A DNA stretch of 60,779 bases from assembly GCA_007130265.1 (NCBI GenBank), contig SLST01000023.1, positions 1 to 60,779 of the forward strand, in the 5' to 3' direction. This document shows, in pieces, positions 46,539-55,178 of the stretch. A model generated the notes under the pieces. The model searched no databases. It was not told the origin of the DNA and saw only the letters and a program-made list of their open reading frames with translations. The translations under genes were made by a program, and so were the position numbers. Within the stretch, counting starts at the first letter, position 1. Every line of letters starts with the position of its first letter. The stretch comes from Spirochaetales bacterium (GTDB lineage Bacteria > Spirochaetota > Spirochaetia > DSM-27196 > SLST01).

Positions 46539-47312
46539 ATGAAGATCGAGATACGAGACCTGCGGGCAAAGATAGAAGGGAAGGAGATACTCAAAGGGAT
46601 CGACCTGTCCATGAGCACCGGAGAGATCCACGCGCTCATGGGTCCGAACGGCTCGGGGAAGAGCACGCTCAGCAACGTCATCCTCGGCCACCCGGCATAC
46701 GAGGTGACCGGCGGGGAGATTCTCGTTGACGGGGAGAACATACTCGAGCTGGACGTGGACGAACGGGCCCGGCTCGGGCTCTTCCTCGCCTTCCAGTACC
46801 CGGTCGAGATACCCGGCGTGACGGTGGGGCGTTTTCTCAAACGTGCAGCCGAGATCCGTTTCGACGGCGAGGATCTTCGCGCGAAAGGCTTCATCAAGGA
46901 TCTGCGCGGGAGCATGGATTTCCTCGAGATGGACCAGCAGTTCATCAACCGTTATCTGAACGAAGGATTCTCCGGCGGTGAGAAGAAGCGCATGGAGATC
47001 CTGCAGATGCTGATGCTCAAGCCGCGCTTCGCGGTGATGGACGAGACCGACTCCGGTCTGGACATCGACGCGCTGAAGGTCGTCGCGAAAGGCGTGAACC
47101 ACCTGCGGAGCCCCGAATTCGGCGCGCTCATCATCACACACTATCAGCGGATCCTTCAGCACGTGAGGCCCGACCACGTACATGTGATGTACCAGGGACG
47201 GGTGGTCACCTCCGGAGACGAGCAGCTCGCCCACACGCTCGAGGCGCACGGCTACGACTGGGTGCGTGAGCAGTTCGGTTCACCAGAAGATGCACTCGAG
47301 GAGGCACGATGA
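46539..47312 (+). CDS. sufC: Fe-S cluster assembly ATPase SufC
   Basis: [40 protein letters not shown]. Confidence 0.95.
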   Translation: MKIEIRDLRAKIEGKEILKGIDLSMSTGEIHALMGPNGSGKSTLSNVILGHPAYEVTGGEILVDGENILELDVDERARLGLFLAFQYPVEIPGVTVGRFLKRAAEIRFDGEDLRAKGFIKDLRGSMDFLEMDQQFINRYLNEGFSGGEKKRMEILQMLMLKPRFAVMDETDSGLDIDALKVVAKGVNHLRSPEFGALIITHYQRILQHVRPDHVHVMYQGRVVTSGDEQLAHTLEAHGYDWVREQFGSPEDALEEAR

Positions 47313-48736
47313 GCTCTCAGACAAGCACAACCGACCGGAAAGACAAGAACGGCGTTGGAATCGGCGATTACCAGTTCGGGTTCTCCTACCCGGACAGCAG
47401 CGTCTTCAAGACCGAAAAGGGGCTGAGCCCTGCAGTGGTCAACGCGATCAGTGAGCACAAGAATGAACCCGACTGGATGCGCCAGTTTCGGCTGCGAAGT
47501 CTTGAGGAGTTTCTGAAGAAGAGCATGCCGAACTGGGGGGCGGATCTCAGCGATCTCAACTTCGAGGATATCTTCTACTACGCCAAGCCGAGCGAGGCAA
47601 AGTACAAGAGCTGGGAAGACGTTCCGGAGTCGATCAAGGAGACGTACGAGCGGATTGGGATACCGGAGGCAGAACGCAAGTTCCTGGCCGGCGTCGGTGC
47701 GCAGTACGACTCGGAAGTCGTCTACCACAACCTCCAGCAGCAGCTCGCTGACAAGGGCGTCGTCTTCTCCGACCCGGAGAGTGCCGTGCAGGAGTATCCG
47801 GAGCTCGTGAAGAAGTACTTCGGTACGATCATCCCTTACTCGGACAACAAGTTCGCCGCGCTGAACTCGGCCGTCTGGTCGGGGGGCAGCTTCGTCTACG
47901 TCCCTCCTGGCGTCCACGTCGACATCCCGCTCCAGGCGTATTTCCGGATCAACAGCCAGAACTTCGGGCAGTTCGAGCGCACGCTCATCATCGCCGATGA
48001 AGGCTCCTTCGTGCACTACATCGAAGGATGCACCGCGCCTATCTACGCGACCGACAGTCTGCACAGCGCAGTGGTCGAGATTGTCGCGATGCCCGGAGCT
48101 CGGGTTCGGTACACGACCATTCAGAACTGGTCGAGCGATGTCTACAATCTGGTGACCAAGCGCGCCGTCGCGCACGAGCGAGCGACGGTGGAGTGGGTCG
48201 ACGGGAACATCGGAAGCAAGCGGACGATGAAGTACCCGTCGGTGTACCTGATGGGAGAAGGGGCGCACGGCGAGGTTCTCTCCATTGCCTTCGCGGGCAA
48301 GGGACAGGAACAGGATACCGGGGCGAAGATGGTGCACGCAGCCTCGAACACGAGCTCGGTCGTGACATCGAAGAGCATCAGCAAGGACGGCGGCGTTTCG
48401 ACCTATCGCGGACAGGTGAAGGTAGACCCGGGCCTGCGGAACGTTCGAAGCCACGTCGTCTGCGACGCGCTCATCCTCGACGCTGACTCCACGAGTAACA
48501 CGTACCCCTATATGGACATCAATGCGGAGGACGTGAGCATCGAGCACGAGGCACGCGTCAGCCGTATCAGCGAACAGCAGTTGTACTACCTGATGTCGCG
48601 CGGGCTCAGTGAGGAGGAAGCTTCGATGATGATCGTAAACGGCTTCCTCGATCCGCTGGTGAAGCAATTGCCGATGGAATACGCAGTCGAACTCAACCGG
48701 CTGATCGAGCTCGAGATGGAAGGATCGGTCGGGTGA
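47309..48736 (+). CDS. sufB: Fe-S cluster assembly scaffold SufB
   Basis: 475 aa. [37 protein letters not shown], and C-terminal [23 protein letters not shown] overlap with sufC. Confidence 0.95.
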   Translation: MSSQTSTTDRKDKNGVGIGDYQFGFSYPDSSVFKTEKGLSPAVVNAISEHKNEPDWMRQFRLRSLEEFLKKSMPNWGADLSDLNFEDIFYYAKPSEAKYKSWEDVPESIKETYERIGIPEAERKFLAGVGAQYDSEVVYHNLQQQLADKGVVFSDPESAVQEYPELVKKYFGTIIPYSDNKFAALNSAVWSGGSFVYVPPGVHVDIPLQAYFRINSQNFGQFERTLIIADEGSFVHYIEGCTAPIYATDSLHSAVVEIVAMPGARVRYTTIQNWSSDVYNLVTKRAVAHERATVEWVDGNIGSKRTMKYPSVYLMGEGAHGEVLSIAFAGKGQEQDTGAKMVHAASNTSSVVTSKSISKDGGVSTYRGQVKVDPGLRNVRSHVVCDALILDADSTSNTYPYMDINAEDVSIEHEARVSRISEQQLYYLMSRGLSEEEASMMIVNGFLDPLVKQLPMEYAVELNRLIELEMEGSVG

Positions 48737-50109
48737 GCCCGGCCTTGCGAACCATGAACGATACGACAACCGGCGATCTTGCAGCCGTCGAGCAGATCGG
48801 AGAGTTCCAGCGGATGCTCCCGGGCCCGGACTGGCTCGTCGACCTGCGGGCCGCTGCGCTCGGGAAGTTCAACGCGAGTGAGTGGCCGACGACGAGCGAA
48901 GAGGAGTGGCGTCGGACGAACCTGAGCCCGTTCGAGTTTGACCTGTACAGATTTCCTCGGACGTGTATCGAGGCGGCTTTGCCGCCACTCGTCGCACCGG
49001 AAAGCGAGACGCCCCTGCGTGAAGGCATCGCCGGCCGGCTGGAAGTCGATTCCGGGGCGGCGCGCGAGGTGCGCGTGCGGGACGATCTGCGCGATGCCGG
49101 TGTCGTGTTCGGTGACCTGGCGTCGTGCCTCGGTGATGCGTCGCGTACGGGGGGCGACCGAGCGAAGGGCGCGATGGTCGAGGCGGTGCGCGGTGCGATG
49201 GAACGCTCGCTCGCGATCGCCGACAACCGACTCCAGTACTGGCACTTCGCGATCGTTTCGAACCCCGTCGTGCTCTACGTACCGGCCGGGGTCCGAATAG
49301 ACGAACCGTTCGAGGTCGCTCTTGCGTATGCCGGTGACGAGGTGGTGTACGCCCCGCATCTCGTAGTCGTGCTCGAGCAGGAATCCTCGGCGACGGTTGT
49401 GCGTCGGATCTCGAGCACGGAGGAAGGGGAGGTGCTGCTCGTCGACGGAAGCGAGTTGCTCGTGGGCGATGGGGCGAGGCTGCACTACACGGACCTCATG
49501 CAGATGAACGACGAAGCCCTGGTCTTCAGAAACGATCGGGGAAACGTCGGGCGCGACGGGCACATCCACCGGACCGATGCCGCGCTGGGTGCGGACTTCG
49601 TCAAGACGAGGTATGTGTCCGAGTTGACCGGTCCGGGAGCCGACGCCGTGCTCAACGGCCTTTACTTCGCGGTTGATGAGCAGCACATGGACGTGCGGAC
49701 GGTTCAGCAGCACCGTGCGCCCCACACGACGAGCCGGGCACACTACCGCGGCGCCGTGGGCGATGAAAGCCACGCGATCTACCAGGGGCTCATCCAGGTC
49801 GACGGAACGGCGCGCGGAACGGATGCCTATCTCACGAACAAGAATCTCATTCTCGGAGAGTCGGCGCGCGCCGATTCGATCCCGTCGCTCAACATAAAGA
49901 CCGACGATGTGCGGTGCAGCCATGGCTCGACCACCGGGAAGATCGATCCCGACCAGGTGTTCTACCTCGGTACGCGCGGCTACAGCGCGACCGAAGCGTT
50001 GCGCATGCTCGTTGAGGGACACTTCGAGGACTTGATCAGGCAGACTCCGGAGTCCATCCAGGACGAGCTTCGAGCCCTGATCATCGCGCGGACCCCTGAG
50101 GAACTGTAG
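48733..50109 (+). CDS. sufD: Fe-S cluster assembly protein SufD
   Basis: Beta-helix region with SufBD family C-terminus ([34 protein letters not shown]). GTGA overlap with sufB; the ATG at 48754 is an alternative start. Confidence 0.9.
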   Translation: MSPALRTMNDTTTGDLAAVEQIGEFQRMLPGPDWLVDLRAAALGKFNASEWPTTSEEEWRRTNLSPFEFDLYRFPRTCIEAALPPLVAPESETPLREGIAGRLEVDSGAAREVRVRDDLRDAGVVFGDLASCLGDASRTGGDRAKGAMVEAVRGAMERSLAIADNRLQYWHFAIVSNPVVLYVPAGVRIDEPFEVALAYAGDEVVYAPHLVVVLEQESSATVVRRISSTEEGEVLLVDGSELLVGDGARLHYTDLMQMNDEALVFRNDRGNVGRDGHIHRTDAALGADFVKTRYVSELTGPGADAVLNGLYFAVDEQHMDVRTVQQHRAPHTTSRAHYRGAVGDESHAIYQGLIQVDGTARGTDAYLTNKNLILGESARADSIPSLNIKTDDVRCSHGSTTGKIDPDQVFYLGTRGYSATEALRMLVEGHFEDLIRQTPESIQDELRALIIARTPEEL

Positions 50110-50418
50110 TTGGCCAAGTGGGTGCGAGCGTGCCATATCGACGACTTCCGGACCGGCTATCTTTTCCGCCACAAGCGGAGGGAGTACGCGATCTTCAAGC
50201 TCGAGGACGGCGTCTACTGCCTCGACAACGTCTGTTCGCACGAGTACTCACCGCTCGCCGAAGGAATGGTGCTCGACGGTGACGTCTTCTGCCCCAAGCA
50301 CGGTTCGCGCTTCGACGTGCGGACCGGAGCGGTGAAGGATTACCCGGCGACACGGCCGGTACGAACGTTCGAGACGCGGGTCGAGGAGAACGGAGACATC
50401 TACATCCAGGTCAGGTAG
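50110..50418 (+). CDS. Rieske [2Fe-2S] ferredoxin
   Basis: CSHEYSPL...CPKHGSRF (CxH...CxxH Rieske ligands). TTG start directly after the sufD stop. Confidence 0.85.
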   Translation: MAKWVRACHIDDFRTGYLFRHKRREYAIFKLEDGVYCLDNVCSHEYSPLAEGMVLDGDVFCPKHGSRFDVRTGAVKDYPATRPVRTFETRVEENGDIYIQVR

Positions 50419-50428
50419 TCCCGGCGGG

Positions 50429-51346
50429 TCAGGCCGGCTTTCGCGCGTAGACGCCGATCCATTCGCTGCGGCTGTCGAACCGGTCGCCCCACAACGACCC
50501 GTAGAGTGCCTCCACGGCGAATCCGCTCTTCTCGAGCATCTTCGTGATGTCCGCGGCGGTGAAATGCCGCCACCAGACACTGAACTGACGGTAGTCTCCC
50601 GATTCCTCTACGAGCGTGTACCTCGCGACGCTTGCCGAGTCCGCCGGGTAGTGAAAGTGCTGGAGGAGGACGAGGTGCGGTTCATCCTGCCAGAAACCGT
50701 CCTTGAGCGTTACGTGCCACTCGTCGCACGCGCGGTTGCGTCGCACGTACGCCTCAGTGAAGACATCGAAGACCATCAACCCGCCGGGACGCAGCGCTGT
50801 GGACGCCCGCCTCAGCAATGAGCTTCGCTGTCGTTCGGTCAGCGTGCAGAACTCCCCGTAGATGAAGGTGATCACGTCATAGGGGCCGCCGAGGTCGGCC
50901 TCGGTGAGGTCCGCCTGGATGTAGTTGATCGTGAGCCCCTGCTTCCGCGCCTGCTCGCGGGCGTAGTTGATCGAGACATCGGCGTAGTCGATGCCGGTGA
51001 CGTCGAATCCGCGGGCAGCGAACTGCTCGGCGTAGAGGCCGGGACCACAGGCGATGTCGAGAAGACGCGGCTGGAGCCGGTCCGGGCCGGTGAGCCCTTC
51101 TGCGGGTCGGTAGTGCTCGAGAATCCTTTCCACCGTTGCGCTGATGTGCGCTGGCCGGCGAGAGGCATCGTCGGTATGCGGGTCGAGATGGGCGTCGAGC
51201 ACGTGATCCGATACGTAGGAGTCGGTCCAGAAGCTTCGGCCGCTGCCGGAGTAGAGTCGCGGTCGTCGGGAGAGCTTGCTCAGCAGATCGAGACGAAGAC
51301 GCTTTCCGGCGATCAGATTTCCATCCGGTTTGTCCGCAGTACCCAT
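50429..51346 (-). CDS. Class I SAM-dependent methyltransferase
   Basis: LLDIACGPGLYAEQFAARGFDVTGIDYADVSINYA (motif I and post-I). Start at the MGTADKP ATG at 51346. The 568-aa ORF-track extension is Arg-rich and antisense to Sua5. Confidence 0.8.
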   Translation of the reverse strand: MGTADKPDGNLIAGKRLRLDLLSKLSRRPRLYSGSGRSFWTDSYVSDHVLDAHLDPHTDDASRRPAHISATVERILEHYRPAEGLTGPDRLQPRLLDIACGPGLYAEQFAARGFDVTGIDYADVSINYAREQARKQGLTINYIQADLTEADLGGPYDVITFIYGEFCTLTERQRSSLLRRASTALRPGGLMVFDVFTEAYVRRNRACDEWHVTLKDGFWQDEPHLVLLQHFHYPADSASVARYTLVEESGDYRQFSVWWRHFTAADITKMLEKSGFAVEALYGSLWGDRFDSRSEWIGVYARKPA

Positions 51347-51356
51347 AGCCGTTGCA

Positions 51357-51363
51357 GTATAGT
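51357..51363. promoter_or_regulatory. Overlapping divergent -10 elements (TATAGT on plus, TATACT on minus)
   Basis: AGTATAGTACC sits in the 33-nt gap between divergent starts. The plus-strand TATAGT (51358-51363) is 16 nt before the Sua5 ATG; the minus-strand TATACT (51362-51357) is 10 nt before the methyltransferase ATG. Confidence 0.3.
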
Positions 51364-51379
51364 ACCTTTCGGCGCAACG

Positions 51380-52450
51380 ATGAAGGCAATGGCTTCCGCG
51401 GAGCAGATACGAGACGCAGCCCAGGCGATTCGCGACGGGCGACTCGTCGTCTTCCCCACGGAGACGGTCTACGGTCTGGGGGCCGACGCGAGAAACGAGG
51501 AGGCTGTGGCGCGGATCTTCGCCGCCAAGGGCCGACCGGCGGACAATCCGCTGATCGTCCATCTCGAATCGACCAACCTGATTGAAGACGTGGTGGCGTG
51601 CCTCTCGCCCGTTGCGACCGCGCTGTTCGAGCGCTTCGCGCCGGGACCGCTCACGCTCGTGCTGCCGGCGCATCGTTCGCTGCCCCGGGCAGTGACAGCC
51701 GGGCTCGACACCGTCGCGGTGCGGATCCCAAGCCACCCGATCGCGCGGGCTCTGCTTGCTTCGTGTCGCTGCCCGGTTGCTGCGCCGAGTGCCAATCGGT
51801 CGGGCGAACCGAGCCCGACGACGCTCGCCATGGCGCAGGCGAGTCTTGCACGGGCGACAGGCAGCACGGCGGACCGTGCCGCCGCCGGCGGTATCCGCGA
51901 CGTATCGTACCTGGATGGCGGACCGTGCGAAGTCGGGCTCGAATCGACGGTCGCCTCCGTGAGCGGGAGTCGCGTTGTCATACTTCGGCCGGGGGCGGTA
52001 AGTGCGGACGACCTGCGGCAAGCGGTTCCTGACGCGGAGATCGAGGATCTGACCGGCGTGGGCCGCATCGACCGGCCTGCCTCTCCGGGACTCAAGCACG
52101 GCCATTACCGCCCGCGCGCGACCGTGATCGCCCACGATCCCGAGCTCGAGTCGCTCGATCGGCTGCGATCACGCCTCGTGCGATCGGTTGCGGATGGAAG
52201 CCGGGGCGTGGCGGTCATCGGCGTCTCCCCGGACGCCGCCACGGTTGCCGCGGCCGTCGGGTCGTTGGCTGACGCGAATCCGACCATCGTCCGCGAGGCA
52301 GCGGACGTCCGCCACTATGCACGCGGGCTCTACCGCTGGTTGGTGGAACTCGACGAAGAGGGATGCGACGCCATCGTCGCGATCCTGCCGCCCGACGGCG
52401 GCGTCGGACGAGCGCTTCGGGATCGCATCACCCGGGCCGCCGGCGGCTGA
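51380..52450 (+). CDS. tsaC: L-threonylcarbamoyladenylate synthase (Sua5/YwlC type, with Sua5 C-terminal domain)
   Basis: GRLVVFPTETVYGLGADA...KGRPADNPLIVH...APSANRSGEPSPT, plus a ~140-aa C-terminal domain. Confidence 0.9.
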   Translation: MKAMASAEQIRDAAQAIRDGRLVVFPTETVYGLGADARNEEAVARIFAAKGRPADNPLIVHLESTNLIEDVVACLSPVATALFERFAPGPLTLVLPAHRSLPRAVTAGLDTVAVRIPSHPIARALLASCRCPVAAPSANRSGEPSPTTLAMAQASLARATGSTADRAAAGGIRDVSYLDGGPCEVGLESTVASVSGSRVVILRPGAVSADDLRQAVPDAEIEDLTGVGRIDRPASPGLKHGHYRPRATVIAHDPELESLDRLRSRLVRSVADGSRGVAVIGVSPDAATVAAAVGSLADANPTIVREAADVRHYARGLYRWLVELDEEGCDAIVAILPPDGGVGRALRDRITRAAGG

Positions 52451-52531
52451 GTCAGGAAATCAACAGCTTCCGTTTACATTCTATTCACACGATCGCGGTA
52501 ATCTATGCACAGATACGATACAGGAGGATCT

Positions 52532-52972
52532 ATGAAACGTCGTATGGTACTGATAGTAGGGCTCATGGCAGCCGTCGCATTGGTTGCGAGCGCTCAGATG
52601 CACGGCGGAGCAGCGGGATCGTTCGGCGGCCCCAACGTCACCGAGCCAGAGGAGGTCGAGCTGACCGGCCGACTCCAGCTCGAGCGTGACCAGCTTCCCG
52701 CGCTCGAGTCAGCCGGCCGGGAGTACACGCTGCGGATCGCCCCCGCTCTGAGCGCGGAGCTCGACGTAGTGAACGGGCAGGAGGTGACCGTGTCAGGCTA
52801 TCTCGTGGAGCGTGCCTCGCGCGACCTGCTCGGAACAACCACCATCGTCATGGTGCGCACGATCGAGGTGGACGGAACACGCTACGTGATGCCGACGCAC
52901 GGTCACATGGGGATGGGCGCAAGGCAGCCGTCGGCCGCCTCGCCGCGTGACCGGATGCGCGGTCGCCGCTGA
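52532..52972 (+). CDS. Secreted hypothetical protein with a His/Met-rich C-terminal motif
   Basis: AGGAGG lies 6 nt before the ATG at 52532. Signal peptide MVLIVGLMAAVALVASA; C-terminal MPTHGHMGMG. Confidence 0.6.
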   Translation: MKRRMVLIVGLMAAVALVASAQMHGGAAGSFGGPNVTEPEEVELTGRLQLERDQLPALESAGREYTLRIAPALSAELDVVNGQEVTVSGYLVERASRDLLGTTTIVMVRTIEVDGTRYVMPTHGHMGMGARQPSAASPRDRMRGRR

Positions 52973-52986
52973 GGAAGCAAGCCGCA

Positions 52987-53011
52987 GGGCGCCCCAATGG
53001 ACGGGGCGCCC
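52987..53011 (+). terminator. GC-rich hairpin, possible terminator or attenuator between the secreted protein gene and the response regulator
   Basis: 9-bp stem GGGCGCCCC/GGGGCGCCC with the 7-nt loop AATGGAC. The tail CATTCCTT is only weakly T-rich. Confidence 0.45.
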
Positions 53012-53031
53012 CATTCCTTGCATAGTAGACT

Positions 53032-53733
53032 ATGGCCGAACGCGTGCTCATTGTCGAGGATGAGGCGGAGCTCAATGCGATGATCTGCGATTTCCTCGCT
53101 TCGCGCGGATTCGAGACCGTGTCCGTCTACGACGGTCCGTCGGCGGTGCGCTCGGTCTTCGCAGACCCACCGGATATAGTGGTCCTCGACCTCAACCTTC
53201 CGGGCCTCGCCGGCCTTGACGTGGCTCGCACCATCGTCTCGCAGACGGCGATTCCAGTCGTCGTCACGACCGCACGTGGCGAAGAAGAAGATCGGCTTGC
53301 CGGGTTTCTCTCCGGGGCCGACGACTACCTGGTCAAGCCCTTCAGCCTGCCGGAGCTCGCGCTTCGGATCCAGGCTGTTCTGAGGCGAACCGAAGGCGCG
53401 GTTCGTCGCGAGGGGCAGGCGCCGTCCGGACGAACGCTTCGCGTCGCCGACCTGCGAATAGACCCGGACCGACGCGAGGTGTACGTCGATGACCGGAGCG
53501 TGGAGCTCACCGCGCTGCAGTTTGACCTGCTCTACCTTCTTGCCTCGGCTCCCGGCCGCGTCTTCACCCGCGCCCGGATGCTCGAGGCAGTGCAGGGTGA
53601 GCGGTTCGAAGGGTACGAGCGAACCATCGATGTACACGTGAAGAATATCCGCAAGCGTATCGAAGCCGACCCGAAGCGACCACGCAGAATTGTCACGGTC
53701 CGTGGGGTGGGCTACCGGTTGGAGGACCAGTGA
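53032..53733 (+). CDS. OmpR-family response regulator
   Basis: RVLIVEDE...IVVLDLNLPGLAG...DDYLVKPF receiver and a winged-helix output (...TVRGVGYRL). Confidence 0.93.
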   Translation: MAERVLIVEDEAELNAMICDFLASRGFETVSVYDGPSAVRSVFADPPDIVVLDLNLPGLAGLDVARTIVSQTAIPVVVTTARGEEEDRLAGFLSGADDYLVKPFSLPELALRIQAVLRRTEGAVRREGQAPSGRTLRVADLRIDPDRREVYVDDRSVELTALQFDLLYLLASAPGRVFTRARMLEAVQGERFEGYERTIDVHVKNIRKRIEADPKRPRRIVTVRGVGYRLEDQ

Positions 53734-55178
53734 GATCGCGGATCGCGCCGCGGCTCGTAGTGAGCCACCTTCTGACCGCCGTGCTCGGGCTCGGCGTCTT
53801 TATCGTGGTCCTCCTCTCGGTGACCGAGGCCCAGGCTACCGCGGCCGGGCAGCGGGCAGACCAGGCGACCGCGGTACAGCTTGCGCCCTGGATCGCGCGC
53901 TTCCAGCGCGAGCGAGGGTCGTGGGACGGGCTCCTCGCGATGCTCGGCGATGCGCGTGAGCTCCCTCACATGCCGATGATGCGGGGACCCATGGCCCGGC
54001 GACTACCGGCGGTTGACCACGAGCTGCACGCTCTTCTCGATCAGCCGATCCTGATCCTTTCGCGGACGGGCGAGGTGCTCGCCGCGCGCAACGTGGGAGC
54101 GAGAACCGTCGAGATGCGAAGGAGCGATCTCGATCTTGCGGTTCCCATTGGCGACGTCGAACGACCGGTGGGGTATCTCTTCGTTGGGTCGATGGTCCAC
54201 CCTGATGCCAATCCGCTGCGCGAGCTCTTCGTCCGGACGAGTCGAACCGCCGCGTGGATCACCGCGCTCGTCGTGCTCGTCGCTACGGCCGTCTCATCGC
54301 TGCTGTGGACCAGATGGCTTTCGCGGCCGCTTCGTGCCCTCTGCGGTGCGGCGAGCGCGATGGCTCGCGGTGAGTACCGTACGCGGGTGCGGGTTCCGCC
54401 CCGGCGCGACGAGCTCTCGGATCTGGCCGCAGCGTTCAACACCATGGCAGCGGAGATCGAGGCGCAGGAGGAGACCAGACGCCGGTTTGTGGCCGATGCC
54501 GCGCATGAGCTGCGCACGCCGCTCTCGCTTCTCTCCGCGCGTGTGGAGATGCTCGCCGGCGGTGTCTACGCGCCTGGCGACGAACAATGGGGCGCGCTGC
54601 AGGCAGGGATTGACAGGATGCAGAGGCTCGTCGGTGACCTGCAGACGCTCTCACGGCTCGAGTCGGGGCGTATTTCGATCGACCTCGAGGCGGTGGACAC
54701 GCGACAGATGCTGGGCCGGCTCAAGGCCGCCTTCGAACCGGCGGCCGCCGCCCACGGGGTTCAGTTCCGTATCGAGGGCGAGGGCTGCCGGGCGTGGATC
54801 GACCCGGCTCGGATGGAGCAGGTTCTCGCAAACCTCCTTGGCAACGCGATCCGATACTCGCCGAAAGGCGGGACCGTTACGCTCGGCGCCGAGTCGAAGG
54901 CAGACGAACACGGCGAGCTCTGGGTCGAGGACGAGGGCCCGGGCATACCCCAGGCGGATCGCGAACGGATTTTCGACCGCTTCGTCCGTCTCGACGATGC
55001 CCGCGATCGGGCCGCCGGCGGCAGCGGCCTCGGGCTCGCGATCGCGGCGGAACTCGTGCGGCTGCACGGTGGGTTGATCAGGGTGGAGGCGGCCCGCCAC
55101 GGCCCGGGCGCGAGGTTCGTCGTGGAAGTCGCGGCCGGAAATCGACCGGCGCGATCACCCGTCACGGCGAGCCGGTGA
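53730..55178 (+). CDS. Sensor histidine kinase (TM-sensor-TM-HAMP-HisKA-HATPase)
   Basis: H-box FVADAAHELRTPLS, N-box LLGNAIRYSP, G-boxes VEDEGPGIP and GGSGLGLAIA. GTGA overlap with the regulator stop. The periplasmic loop contains PHMPMMRGPM. Confidence 0.9.
   Translation: MRSRIAPRLVVSHLLTAVLGLGVFIVVLLSVTEAQATAAGQRADQATAVQLAPWIARFQRERGSWDGLLAMLGDARELPHMPMMRGPMARRLPAVDHELHALLDQPILILSRTGEVLAARNVGARTVEMRRSDLDLAVPIGDVERPVGYLFVGSMVHPDANPLRELFVRTSRTAAWITALVVLVATAVSSLLWTRWLSRPLRALCGAASAMARGEYRTRVRVPPRRDELSDLAAAFNTMAAEIEAQEETRRRFVADAAHELRTPLSLLSARVEMLAGGVYAPGDEQWGALQAGIDRMQRLVGDLQTLSRLESGRISIDLEAVDTRQMLGRLKAAFEPAAAAHGVQFRIEGEGCRAWIDPARMEQVLANLLGNAIRYSPKGGTVTLGAESKADEHGELWVEDEGPGIPQADRERIFDRFVRLDDARDRAAGGSGLGLAIAAELVRLHGGLIRVEAARHGPGARFVVEVAAGNRPARSPVTASR

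Noticed and set aside
51347-52135. The 568-aa ORF 50429-52135 (-) implies a long N-terminal extension of the methyltransferase.
   Set aside because: The extension is Arg-rich, has no motifs and is antisense to the well-supported Sua5/TsaC gene. The methyltransferase domain begins after the ATG at 51346.
52987-53018. A repeated GGGCGCCCCA motif, considered as a possible CRISPR-like or REP repeat.
   Set aside because: There are only two copies, and they form a single inverted-repeat hairpin between two genes. There is no spacer-repeat periodicity. I interpret it as a terminator or attenuator stem-loop.
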